From Geosiphon pyriformis uo1 (taxonomy: Eukaryota; Fungi; Glomeromycota), in assembly GCA_016748015.1 (NCBI GenBank), contig JAAOMT010000239.1:158356-222355 (forward strand): a stretch of DNA of 64,000 bases, read 5' to 3'. A program made the position numbers and the translations under genes. The first letter of the stretch is position 1. Each line of letters starts with the position of its first letter. Positions 39,875 to 53,299 of this stretch are shown here, piece after piece. The notes below the pieces were generated by a model. The model had not been told where the DNA came from. It searched no databases and saw only the letters and a program-made list of their open reading frames with translations.

Positions 39875-41583
39875 ATGATGTCTGTAGATAAAATCGAATA
39901 TAAGAGAACTCGCCCAGCAGCTGCTCATGATTGCAACGTGTGTTCAACGTGTCAGCGGTGCATTAAATCCAATTCAGGGAACCATTGTGGAGCATGCCAA
40001 TTCTTATTTTTTGAAAAACTTTACAGAGATTTTTCAAGTGGCAATAAAGTAGCTGATGAAATAATTAAGAATCCAATATATAGACCTAATAAATATGGTA
40101 AGGATGGTGGTAAAGTCAGTCATTATGAATGGATTCCATGGGAGAGTTTGTCAAATATCAACAAAATTGGTGAGGGAGGATTCGGTACAATTTATAGAGC
40201 AACATTAATTGATGGATTAATTAATAAACTTAGTCTAAAACATCATGGTTCAATGGAATATAAAAGATGGAGTGTAGGGAAGGAGGTAGCAATAAAATTT
40301 ATAAAGACATCTTTAAAGAAAAACGAGGAGGTCTTTAAAGAGGTAATTAAATGAATATTTTTATATATATATATTCATCTGAACATTTAATTTATAAATT
40401 TAATTAGGTATTTATCATTCTTTCACTTTTTATAGTTAAATATACAAAGATTTATGTTTACTAAGATTGACCAAATGTTTATCTCTAAAATAAAAGGACT
40501 TACACAAAACGCTGAAACACTTGAATATGGGATTGTGATGTGGTTTGCCCAACATGGAGACATGCGAAAGTATTTATCAACAAATTTTATTTCTACCAGT
40601 TGGAAAGATAAATTACGGATCGCGTCTGATCTAGCTTGGGGACTTAATTTAATTCATTCTTCTGGTATGGTTCATCGTGACCTACACTCGGGCAACATTC
40701 TACAATTACGCACTGATATGGTAAATATTGGAGACTTTGGATTATGTCAACCTACAAACAATGAAGCAACAACAACAGAGGAAAAAAAGATATATGGAGT
40801 GATTCCATATATTCCACCAGAAGTTTTAAGAGGAGAAAAGTTTACAACGGCTGGTGATATTTATAGTTATGGGATGATATTATGGGAATTGGCAACAGGA
40901 AAGCCTCCCTTTTATGATCGTTCTCATGACCAAATCCTTATAATGAATATTTTAAACGGTGTTAGACCTGAAATCATATCCCCTCTTATTCCATCTTGTT
41001 ACGCTAAACTCATTGAAAAGTGTTGGGATGCTAATGCTGAGAATCGTCCTAAGGCTTTCGAAGTTTGGTCGGAATTGGATAAACTTGATTCTCAAAAGTC
41101 AGAGTTTAGGAAATCAGAAAAGTACATAAAACAAACTGTAGAAAGTGACGATGGAACAACGAAACTTTTAGGAAAATTTTTAAAATATAATAAATTCTTT
41201 AAAAAAAATATCAAACACGATGAGACAAAACTTTCAACAAAATATTCAGGAGTAATAATTCATCCAGGAGCAGTTTATATAAGTCGTCTTTTAACTGCTC
41301 AAATGGTTGATTTTTCAACAGGTTTGTTCATTTAATTTATAAATGGTGCAATTTATTGAATAATTTATTGGTTAAATTATATATTCTAACCATTTTTTAT
41401 ATATTTTAATTTTTTAAAAGAATTGATCTATTTACCTGAATGTAAGAATTAAAAATGTTAGAATATAATTATTTATAGTTGATTAACGTTATTTTCCTAT
41501 TAATTATATCGTTTAACTTAGTATACTATATTTTAGATAATTTAAATTTTATATCAACCAAAGTATATTTGTTTATTATGTAA
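39875..41583 (+). CDS. TKL protein kinase with N-terminal Cys/His cluster (kinase 2)
   Basis: Exons 39875-40342, 40436-41321, 41421-41441, about 41522-41583 (last exon uncertain). GEGGFG, VAIK, HRDLHSGN, DFG and PPE are intact. Confidence 0.92.
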
Positions 41584-41869
41584 AGCATTTTTTAATAATT
41601 AAATATTAATATTGGGACTTTATTAGTAAAAATAATTTCACTAAATATATAATCTAATTCTAAAATATTTCATTGATGAATTATTTTAAAAATCAATTTA
41701 GAATGAAAAAAAAATTGGTTTTATATTACTCATGAGTGAAAAATTTAAGATTATCAAACTCGTCTAAACACAATATATAGTAAAATAAATAATTGCAAAT
41801 AAGTTAATTAAAATTTTTGCCTATTGCTAGGGAAATTGAAATGAGATATTGGAGAAACTTAATCATAAT

Positions 41870-42082
41870 AGCCTACAGTTTTAGAAATCAGAAACTTACT
41901 ACATTAAAGAAATGTCAAATGATGATTTGAATATAAAACCTTTAAGATTTTCAAAATATATTCAGTTGCTGAAAAAAAACTATGAAGCACGAGAAGAATA
42001 CAAAACTCTTAACAACAGATTGTTTAAAAACAAATCGTTCAATGGTAATAAATCATCCAGGAGCAGTTTATATAAGTCCGTA
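41870..42082 (+). pseudogene. TKL kinase C-terminal tail fragment
   Basis: ttttagaaatcagaaa...aaacctttaagattttcaaaatatattc...gtaataaatcatccaggagcagtttatataagtc matches the 3' ends of kinases 1 and 2. Confidence 0.75.
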
Positions 42083-42090
42083 TATTCTTC

Positions 42091-42259
42091 CTATATTTTA
42101 CATTCCATTACACGATGATGTTTTATACTAAATTTATTAATGAATCCATCTAAACATACTGCTTGATAAATTATCCCGAACCCTCCCTCACCAAATTTTT
42201 CGATTAAAACCAAACTCTTCCATCGAATCCATTCATAATAATTAAGACTGCCGGTATCA

Positions 42260-42301
<42 letters not shown>

Positions 42302-42501
42302 GGTGGAGTATAGATTGGATTCCTAATTATTTCATCAGCTATTTCACCGCCACTTGAAAAGTTCCTATAAAGTTTTTCAAAAAATGTGAATTGGCATGCT
42401 TTACACTCATTCATATTTTTTCTTATGCTCTCTTGACACACTTCACATTCATTGCAATTATGAGCTTCTGGACGAGCTCTTTTAATATCAAGATTTTCCA
42501 T
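42091..42501 (-). pseudogene. Truncated TKL kinase N-terminal half (Cys cluster, poly-Asn, Gly loop; no catalytic loop)
   Basis: MENLDIKRARPEAHNCNECEVC..CKAC..SSG..GEGGFG; it stops before VAIK where it abuts an inverted tail fragment. Confidence 0.8.
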
Positions 42502-45380
42502 GGTGTTGATAAACTATGAAGAGGTTCTTGTGAGATGTCAATAAAATGGTATTTTAAAAAGGAATGTCTCTTTACGGATATTATGTTAAAAGGGTGAGTT
42601 CAGATTTATGCATTAAAATATGCAAAAAAATTGGTCAATCATTTACGATAATAGGAATTATCCTGAAAGGCAAGTATGGAACCTCGTTCAACTTTTAATC
42701 TAATAAATTAGAATATAGCTCAGTTAATTATGCAAATGTATTATTATTTACTGTGATATGGGTTGATCCTAATCATAAAATCTAACATTATAAATGTGTC
42801 TTATATTTAAAAACCTTAAATAGACCCAATACTAAAGTTTTTAATAAAGTTTACAATAAAATCTTTTATTAATAATCCTTTGCCAATATACTTTTTCAAT
42901 AATATTTTTAAACAGTATTGTTATAATATTATTTAGCCATTAAATTTCAATAAATAACTTTAATTTTGAAGTTTTGATGTATTAATCTTAAAACAAAGTC
43001 TAAAGAATCCAAATAAAATTAATTGTTTGTTTGGTTTAAACTTCCAAGTACCAAATTATTATTACTTGTTGAATATGGTTTTTAAAGTTTATATTTAGAT
43101 TTTTTTAATATATTAAAAAAAACTTGTATTTTATGTTTATATAATTTTCTTTACAACTTAATATTTACATTTAAAAATTATAAAATAAATCTTATAACTT
43201 TTTTATGTGATTTTTAATGTTCATGCTTGGTTTTTTTTTTAAAATACAAAATAAAATATTTATTTTATGTTTATAAAATTTTAGTATTTAAATTCTTTTT
43301 AATATACTAGCTAATTAAATGTTATTATTACTATTAAAGTAATTAATTAATTTTATATAGTTTTAAATAAATTTTTCTGTAATTTGATATTAGAATCTCA
43401 AAGTTAAAAAATAATTATTATAGCTTACTTAATATAATTCTTAATATTTATATTTAAATTTTTTTTAATATATAGAACAAAATGTATATTTAATTTAAAG
43501 ATTATAAATGTTTATATTTGAATTTTTTTAATATATTAGCTTGCTAAACATTACTATTATTATTAATAAATATATATTAATGATTTCTTAATTTAATTCT
43601 TTAAAATTAGTCTTTTATAAATTATTTTTGTTATATAAAAAACTATGTACTATTCTTTTTTAATAGCAAAAATAAGTTATTAAGACCAAAAATATATTTG
43701 TTTTATATATTAATAGAAAAATAAAAAAAATAAAGTTTTTAATAACACGTTTGCTGTTTAGCTGAAAAAAAAATTGTTTCAAGCACAGTTTATAAAGCTT
43801 CTATTTATTAATAAAAATTTGATATTTTTTCACAAATTTTTTTTAATAAGTAATTTGTAATATAAATATCTACTATATTCTTATTAATATAAATGAAAAA
43901 AAAACATTTTAAAGCAAACTAATTTTATAAAAGTTAATTGATAATAGTAGATATAAAAACCTAAGAAAATAAAAATCTATGGCATTATCTGTTGTAACAT
44001 GTTAAATTTTTAAAGTTTTTAAAGTTTTTATTATGTGTAAAAAGATGTCTATGGAATACAAATAAGTATGTTGTATTATTATTTTTCTTTAAATTTATAT
44101 TGTAACTTTTATTATTTACACATTATAAGCATGTTTAAAAATATTAACCACAGCAATAAAAAGCATATTGCTTAAAAATTAGCAGAATTTTTTAACAAAT
44201 AATGTTATTACAACAAAGTTGCAAAGATTATATGAGCACTTTTAAAAATATAATATAATAGAATTAAATTTTTTTGTTCAAAATATTTCGATTATAGTAT
44301 TTTTTTTAAATTAATTCAAAAAATTATAAAATATTTTAAAAATGTTTTTGCTGTTTTTTTTTGCATGTAATACTTTTTTATTGTTATTATTACTATGAAT
44401 TTTGTTGTCAATCTGACTATTTAGTTGTTGTTGTTGTTGCGATTAATTTTTTAATTTTAATAATTTTTTGGTTAATTTTACAATTGCATTTTTTCATATA
44501 TTGCTTTTAAATTTAAGTTTTTAAAAAATGTTTTTACATAATTAAATATTTTTTGTATTTTTCATTCATTTTGAAAGTTTTTATTAAAATATATTATTTG
44601 TTGTTTAATTAAATTTCATAATTGAAAATAGTAGCGATTCGGCTACACTTTGTTATAGAAATAAAAAAATAAAAAAAATAGTTACACGTAAAAATATTAA
44701 CTTTGTGATCATATTAGCTTTTTAATTTTTTTCATTATCACTTTATGAAATAATTGAAAATTCAAATTCAGTAAAAAGGTCAAAAAGAAAGTTTATTACT
44801 TTTTTGTTTTGTTAGGAAAAAATTAAGATCCAAAATTTTTTCTTAAATAATCTTAAGCATGAAATAACTATTTATTTAGAATCTGTATTGCTAATTTATA
44901 AACAAAGTTTTGGTCCTAATTTTTTTTGTAACAATTTAATTCAAAAATTTTAAACATAAATTTATGTTTACTTAAAAATGCCATTTAATTTTTTAATTAA
45001 ATTTTTTCTATTTCAAGAAATCAGTGATTTTTAATGGTTTAATTTTTAATCTAGTTATTTGTTTTATAATATAAAATGAAATATTATCCAAAGTGAATTA
45101 TTAAACTTAAAAATTATAAATAATAAGCTTAGTGTACTATTAATAATCAATCAATTCGTATTATTCATCATGATTATTGAGCTTTCATTTATAAGAGCTG
45201 AGTTACATTTATTTTCACAAACGATTTAAAGTAATTGAGAATCTAATTTTATTTCGAATACTTATAATAAAAAGATCAAATCACTCTAAAAAAAACGTTT
45301 TGGCTTATATAATTCATATTTAAATTTTAGAATTTAAGATATACTAAAGTTGAGCGGAAAAATAAATTCACTAATCACCA

Positions 45381-46415
45381 TTAGTTTTTCTTGTCTAAAT
45401 AAACAGTTACATGTATTAAAATAGTCTTCACTGATTACACGTAATGATATTAAAAATATTTTACTGATTACCTTCTGGTAGATAAATAAATTCTTTTTAA
45501 GTAGAGTAAAATGAAAGTTTATCTTATTAATTTAATCAAAAAAGTCGCTAAAAAACAACATAATTGAACAAACCTGTTGAGAAATTAACCGTCTGCGCAG
45601 TTAAAAGACGACTTGTATAAATTGCTTCAGGGTGAAAGACTGTTGACCATTTTGTTGTCTGGTCGTATTCACTAATGTCTTTTTTGAGTTTATTTGAATC
45701 AGCAATTGCTTTTACGAATGTATCTGCTTCCTGAAACTGTGCATTATCGATATCCCGCATTTCAAACAATCTATCTTTAACTTCTTTGGACGTGGGACGT
45801 TTCAATGGATCAGCATCCCAACACCTTTGAATTATTTGAGCAAAACAAGGTGGAATAGTGGGTGATGCGATATCAGGTCTTTCACCGTTTAGAATATTCA
45901 TTATGAGAATGACATCATGAGGACGATCATGAAAGGGAGGCTTTCCTGTCGCTATTTCACACAATATCATCCCTAAACTATAAACATCCCCAGCCAGTGT
46001 GTGTTTTGCCCCTTTTAAAACCTCTGGGGGAATGTATGGAATTACTCCAAAAACTTTGGTTTCTGAATTTGCTAATACTTCCTTGTTTGCAGGTCGACTC
46101 AATCCAAAATCTCCAATCGCTACACTCTCGTATGAAAATTGTAGGATATTTCCCGAATGTAGGTCGCGATGAATCATACCAGCAGAATGAAGAGTACTAA
46201 GTGCGGCTGCAACTCCTATCGCGTATTTTGCTTTAAGCTCCCAACGAGTGTCATAAAAGTATGTGGATAAATATTTCCGCATATCTCCATATTGGGCAAG
46301 CTGCATCACAAGACCATAATCGAGTGTTTCGGGATTTTGCGTAATCCCTAGTATTTTTGAGATAAACCGTGTACCATGTTCTTTAGTGAATATAGCTCTT
46401 TGAACATTTATCTAA

Positions 46416-46459
<44 letters not shown>

Positions 46460-46967
46460 TCAATGAAGAAATTATATAAATTTCAGAGATTTTATTTAAA
46501 TAGTTTTTAATTACCTCCTTAAAGATTTCCCAATTGTTTTGTGAATTTGAATTTATAAATTTTATTGCAACTTTCTTATTTTTCTTTCTTTGATACTCAG
46601 TTCCACCATAATGTTGTATTAAACTTAAATCAATTATTCCATCAATCCATGTTGCTTTGTATATAGTCCCAAATCCTCCCTGGCCAATCTTGGAAATATC
46701 ACTTAAACGCTCCCAAGGAATCCATTCATAATATTCAAATCTATCCCAATCTCGTTCATTCTTGGCTGGTACAAACATTGGGTGTTTAATGATTTCGTCA
46801 ACAGTTTCGTTGCCACTAGAAAAGTTAGTATAGAGCTTTTCAACAAACAAGAAACAGCATGCCTCGCATAAATTGGAGTCTTTGTTTTTGATATTTCTTT
46901 GACACATTTTACAATCGTCACAACTATGAGCTTGTGGACGAGTTCTTAAAATATCAAAGTATTCCAT
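45381..46967 (-). CDS. TKL protein kinase with N-terminal Cys/His cluster (kinase 3)
   Basis: Exons 46967-46515, 46411-45574, 45492-45472, 45394-45381 (3' exons inferred). GQGGFG, VAIK, HRDLHSGN, DFG and PPE are intact. Intron 1 contains a (TTA)n tract. Confidence 0.92.
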
Positions 46968-49607
46968 GGTGTAGATAAAATGTCAATAGCGAATATGGTT
47001 TTCTGAGATTTCTCAAGATCTTTATTCTGAAGTTTGAGCTTTGAAAAGAGGCTTTCTTTTAAAAGGTTTTATTCACAGTACCCATTAAAAAGGAATCTTT
47101 TCTTCTTTGTGTTATTGAAACGATTCAATCATTGACGCCTTAAATCTCGTATTCATAAAACAAAGAATTAAATTCCTGGCTAAAATTGGTTAAAAAGGTT
47201 AAAGCACATGATCATGCATTTTAGTCTCCTATCTAAAGGTAAAACTTTTATGATTCAAAACTGTAGTAGACAAAAATTTTACTTTGTTTTCAATGTGAAA
47301 CAGGGAATCAACCATTGATTAAAGTTCCGGATCTTTCCAAAATGAGTTAAAACGAGTTTAATGTCAAGTTACATCCTGAATGAATAGCTTAATTTCTTTC
47401 TGGGAAACAGGCATTCAAAGAAAAAAAATTTCAAATAATCTGCATCGTCTAATATTTCACAAATTCCTTGTGTAAGAATTGAGGAATATTAAGTTAAATA
47501 AAAAATCGAGTATGAAAACTGAACTAAAGCTTTAATCTCTAAAATATATACATGTATTAATAAAAAGTAAGCCAAACCGTTTTTTCTGCTAATTTGTCTT
47601 TGGTTACAATTTGGTAGAAGAAGTAATATTTCATGTTAATACTTACTACTTTGGATCTTTTTATTTGCAAAAAAGAATTGGAAATAACTTCTGTTTTAAT
47701 TATTAAAACACCGGAATTCATAGTAAAATTTTAGAAATTATCTGAATTACTTTCCATTGAATTATAATAAAACTTCTAGTAGCTTTCTTTATATACTTGC
47801 ATTTTACAATTTTATAAAAGTTTTATATCTTTTGGTTTATAAGAATTTAATATTTATTTATAAAAGAATGCAAATAATTAGAAAAAGTAAACTTTGTAAA
47901 TCAGGTTAATTATTTAACCAATATTAAGTAAGCTTTTAAAATAAATTTTTAATACCATAATTTTGGTTTGTAAATTAAAAGTTTTAATCTTAATTAATGA
48001 TTTTTAATTTTTAAGAATAATCTATGAGATATTTTTTATGTTTCAAAGGTCAGTTATTTTATTACATCTTCATATTTAAGCCTTTAACGAAAAAATTTTA
48101 TTTTGCTTTTTAAACTAAATATTTAAAAAAATTAATATTTTTAATGATAAAATATTTTATCAATACTTGAAACAATTAATAAAGAAGTTTTTAATCAAAA
48201 ATACTTGGTTTATTCTGTTATTTTAAAAAATCACAAAATTGTGATTTACATAAGATTATTAAGTATAGTTTACAAAAAAGTTTAAAAGGAAAATGAGATT
48301 TTTATTTGTTTTTAATTTTATAAAATATTAATTTATGTAATTATTGATAATAATATTTTTTTTGAATTAATAAAAACAAATTTTATTAAAATATAAAAAT
48401 TATTAAATTTTATTAATGCAAATTAATACTTTTTATTTAGGTTAAATAATAAATATGATTATAATAAAGTTATTAAGTCATTTTTGAAAATGACTGCTAA
48501 AATTAATTCTTGTCCCATATTTTGATTTTACCTAATAATCTTTTTAAAGTTTTAATTTTATTTAAGTACTCTTAATAAAAATCATCACTTTAAAACTAGT
48601 TGGATTTTTACATTTTGAAATGAATATATAATTATACTTGAAATATTATGTATTTTTTATCTAATATGACATTTTGCCAACAATAATAATTAATTTCCCA
48701 TTTTTCGTTATTTTAATATGATCAATTATTGTTACTCAATACGTAAGAGTTTAACAAAATATTCCGTTTTTAGCAAAATTTTTTATATTAAACTTAAAAG
48801 TTTAAAAGGTTAATTAAATCAAATTCTAACCTCAAATGAATCTTATTTTTTTTCATACGAGCATGTTTTCATAATTAAGATTTATCATTAGAGCTGTAAA
48901 ATATACTTTTATCAAATTATTTACTTTTTTTGTAAACAATGTAAATAATTTAAAAATAAAATTGTATATTAAAATTCATTCAAATAGTAAATCAAAAATT
49001 GATTAACTAATAATAAAGTATTTAAGAATCGCATTGTAATTGACCGAAAATTATTTTATGAATCCATAATTAATTCAAAATGTTTTAATTAATTTTACGA
49101 TATATTCAAAATTGTCTTTAATGATGACAAATAATAATGAAAACAAGATTATCTTAACTGTAAATGTGTTGTTTTGATACGATTTTATTTACTATTTGTA
49201 AGAATGGTTAGTTATTTGAAAAACTTGTTTGTTTTTACTGGGATTCATATTAATTCAAAATTTTTCTCTTAAAAAAAACTAATACCATCAATAATATTAA
49301 GACGCTTGATTATCTTCTCAATATTTTTAACATAAATCTTATTATTCTTCATTCAGCTGGAATTTTTAACATAAAAAAGCAATTAGTTAAAAAAGTCGAA
49401 ATACAACGAGTGCTTTATCTTCCAATTGTAGTATCAAACTTTCAATTTTATTTCAAAATAATTATCCTATTAACAAAAATTTACCATCGATGGCTAACAA
49501 AAAAAATTATACACATTTTACAAAGTGTTTACAAATTAATAAAATGTCCATATGGAATTAGCTAGCTATTTCCCATGATATTTATCAATTTCATTTTGAA
49601 TCCTATC

Positions 49608-50813
49608 TTATTCTAGCTCATTAAAACCATAATTTTTTCCAAGCTTGAATCCTCTCAGTTGATTCTGCTGTTCCCATTGTTCCCTGATGAAACTAGGACG
49701 TATTGAATGACTGGGGCGATAGTTTGAATACGTGGGTGATTGATTATAAAAGAAAACATCATGTTTATCTAAACTTGATTCATGATTTTCTCTATGATTA
49801 CTTGTATCAGAGTTCACCATCCTTTCCTTTCCTTTGAAACTATGACATTTTTGATGAGTTATATCTGAAACAAAAAGGGATTCCTTCATTTGAACCTTCT
49901 CCTTTTTTTCTTTTGCTTTATCGAGTTTAGAACCGGGATCAATTACAATATTTAAAATTTGATCATGTTTATGATGACGATGAGTGTCATTCGAAACTTT
50001 TTTTGGCCTTCTTAAACTTCTTGCCCTTTCAACTGAGAATCCTAACCAATCAACAAGCCCTCTTCGTTTTTTTGTTGATGGCATTCTCTTGACACGGATT
50101 CCATCAATAATTGTTCCCCTTTTTGGCATTTTCAGGCTAGGAGTCATCACTTCAATCTCAACTACGGATTTCTCATATTGTGTTGATTCGTCACTTGATG
50201 AACTTGCAATAGAATGACGATAACATTTTTTAGATAATTGAATCTTCTTTTGAGATCTAATTATCCGACTTCGTCGAAATATGAATAATGCAGTAATGAT
50301 AAATAGAAGAAGCATTATCAATATTATCGGGATTGCTGGGCTTCTTTTATAAGGGGATTGGTGATTTTTATCAAGGTGTGTTGGAAAGGGTACGAAGTTA
50401 GTAGACGTTGATGTAACGACTGTTTCGGTCGCAATTGGGTCTGGGGTTATGGTATATGTTGATTTTGTCGTGATCTCAGTGACTATTGTCGAAGTTTCAG
50501 TAATATTACTTTGAGTTTTCACAAGAATTTCTTGGTCAGAAATATTGGTCTTTGGAATTTCACTTTTGAATGTTGGAGGCGAAGTAGGTGTTGATGAAAA
50601 AAGTTCTGATGATGATGAGGATGGTGATAATAGTAACGATGAAAATGACGTCGTGGTGGTGGCGATGGTTGTTGTTGCTGATGCTGTTGTTGTTGCATTT
50701 GTTGCTGTTAATGGTAACGAAGAAAAGGGCGATGATTTTAAGGTTGAATCAGCTTTTGATTTTTCACGGCTTTTGGGTGGAGCCCGTCGAATAAAATTTA
50801 GGTTTTTTGCCAT
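49608..50813 (-). CDS. Single-pass membrane protein with Ser/Thr-rich ectodomain (Mid2/Wsc-like architecture)
   Basis: S/T-rich N-terminal region, TM helix IPIILIMLLLFIITALFIF followed by RRSR, and a charged tail; 401 aa without introns. Confidence 0.75.
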   Translation of the reverse strand: MAKNLNFIRRAPPKSREKSKADSTLKSSPFSSLPLTATNATTTASATTTIATTTTSFSSLLLSPSSSSSELFSSTPTSPPTFKSEIPKTNISDQEILVKTQSNITETSTIVTEITTKSTYTITPDPIATETVVTSTSTNFVPFPTHLDKNHQSPYKRSPAIPIILIMLLLFIITALFIFRRSRIIRSQKKIQLSKKCYRHSIASSSSDESTQYEKSVVEIEVMTPSLKMPKRGTIIDGIRVKRMPSTKKRRGLVDWLGFSVERARSLRRPKKVSNDTHRHHKHDQILNIVIDPGSKLDKAKEKKEKVQMKESLFVSDITHQKCHSFKGKERMVNSDTSNHRENHESSLDKHDVFFYNQSPTYSNYRPSHSIRPSFIREQWEQQNQLRGFKLGKNYGFNELE

Positions 50814-52664
50814 TAGCCTTGGAAGATTTTTGTGTTCTATGGAAAAATTTTCCCCAGGTTATTTTTTGTTTAGAACTATTAATAAAAATGAAATTTGTTT
50901 TTTCTGCAAAATAATTTTAATCAAACAATTAATTTAACGAGGTATCAGTTGTAAAAATATCCCCAGATTTTATCAACGAATAAAACTATCAAAGTATGGG
51001 AAAAAATTTCTAGAGAACAAATCCCACACTCAAAGGATTAGAATCTAAAGAAATCGATCTAAACATATGTAACATTCGACCCTTCTTCCACTCTTAACTT
51101 TCTATTTCTTTAAAAAACATTAACAGGACATTAACATACTTGAGTTATAAATACACAATACTTTTCGTTACTAGAAGAATTTACACTGGATGATGATGAT
51201 GAAAATTTTCTCAAGGGGTGAATTTGGGCGTGTGATTTACCGTGAGCTACTTGGGGTGGTATCAAATATTTGTGCCCTTGGTGAGCTTTGAGTATAATGA
51301 TATGAAAAATGATTAGGTTTTGAGAGGGGGAGGGGGGGGGTAAAGAGATTGATTTTTGAGTAAGAAGATAATTTATGGATAAGAGAATGGTTGTTTATGG
51401 GTAAAAAGAAAGAGTAAGGGAATAGAGGAAAAGCTAAATCGATGGGAGAATATTTGAATGGATTAAAATTGATTAGCTAAGGATATCGTATGGGTCATAT
51501 GATAAGATGGGAAAACGTAAAATAATGGGAAAAAAAGGGATTAAACTATGAAATAAAAGGTTAAAAAACTTCAAACGACGATAAGATGGTAAAGGAGTTT
51601 TGTCAAACTATTTTATAGTTCCTTAGATAAGGTTTTTCCTTAATATGTTTTTGTTTTTGTGGGGGTATTGTATATTGTTAATGCCTGGTTTTTTTTTTTG
51701 GGTAAATATTTTTCAATCGTTTAGTACATGGTTTTAGCAAATTTTTTAAGTAAAACTTATTTTTGGCGCGGACTTTTCTCGAAAACAATTGTGGCAGATC
51801 AAATTCCTACTATTCATAAACTTTGAAGCGAAAAAGGTAATATCTAAATAGCCGAATTTCTAACTAACTTAGAAATTCAACTGGTGTTCCCGATTTCCTA
51901 AAAGAATATGTGAACGTAGATCATAAATAATAAATATTTTCTAAATATTTAAAGGCTTCTTCCTGAGAGAAATTTCATGAATTTTTTATGCACTAAATAC
52001 TCAGTATCTTTCGCTTGTGGTTTGGGAACTCTCCTGGTTATATTACTCTTTTGATGATGTGAAGCTTTGGAGTTAGATAATTAATCCAGGGTGATAATAA
52101 TATTTTGAAATTTAACTTTAGAAAAATTAAAATACGTTCATTCATTGATGCTCAGCGGAAATTGGATTTTTTTTCAATTCAACCATGTGATTTGAAAGAA
52201 TTTTCTATTTAGAAGATTTTCAAAGATTGTTAAAAAAAATTATAAAGGTCTTTGATCGAATAAATAATTGTCTAATATAGTATAGACCCAAATTTTTCAT
52301 TGAGAAATGATAATAAAATTCTTTTATTTACAAATTAATTTGTCGTCGTCATGAAAAAAAATTTCATTATTCATAATAAACTATTTCGATTTTTATCTTT
52401 TTATTATTAGTTAAACAAAGAACAATATATATATTTTGTTTTTCTTACTCACGGTAATTTAGAAATAATTTTCGTTAAAAAAAAAAAGGGTTACTCGTAA
52501 TTGTTTTGCGTAAAAATGATGAAATTTCTATAAAAAATTTTGTGAGGATTTCAACAAACAAATTTTTAAATTAGAAATTGGAGAATCAAACCCATTTTCA
52601 TCTTTTATGAGAGGTTAACTAAAAAATATGAAACATTTGGAATACCGATTTGCAAGACCGATCC

Positions 52665-52728
<64 letters not shown>
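52665..52728 (+). repeat. (TAT)~21 microsatellite
   Basis: Direct read. Confidence 0.95.
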
Positions 52729-53299
52729 GATAAATTTATTTCTAATCGATTCTAGGCTGTTTAAAAAAAAAGTTAGATTATGTATTATCATAGATCTGGA
52801 CTTTTAAATAATAGTTTTTTGTAAAATTACTAAACTTGTGCCCAATTAAATATTTGAATAAAAATGTTGAAAAAGAAAAAAGTGCTTGTAAAATTGATAC
52901 AACTGAATATGTTAATCATCAAGTTTTGAAAATATATATCTTAATCTGCTGCACATATATATAATCCAACCGTAAAGATCTTGAAATCTGTTTTTAAAAT
53001 TTAAATCTCGAAACTAGAAAAACCTGAAAAGGAACGATCAATCGTGTGTGCTACATTTTCTAACAAATTATATTCAAATATAATGAATTTCGAATCAATA
53101 AATTTAAATTTAAGTAGATATCGTAAAGAATAATAATAATTATAAAGACGGTGATATATAGATTTAGAGTACAGATTGAGAAAATTTGAAAATATACTGT
53201 GCAAGTTTCAAACTTTTGGTATCCATGTTTTAAGAGCATTCATTGAAAATCACTTTACTCATTCACTCAAATTCTCAATCACAACTTGTGGTTAGATTA

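Noticed and set aside
50545-50937. Acidic/hydrophobic plus-strand ORFs (also 49984..50217 and 53532..54237)
   Set aside because: Antisense shadows of low-complexity coding regions on the minus strand.
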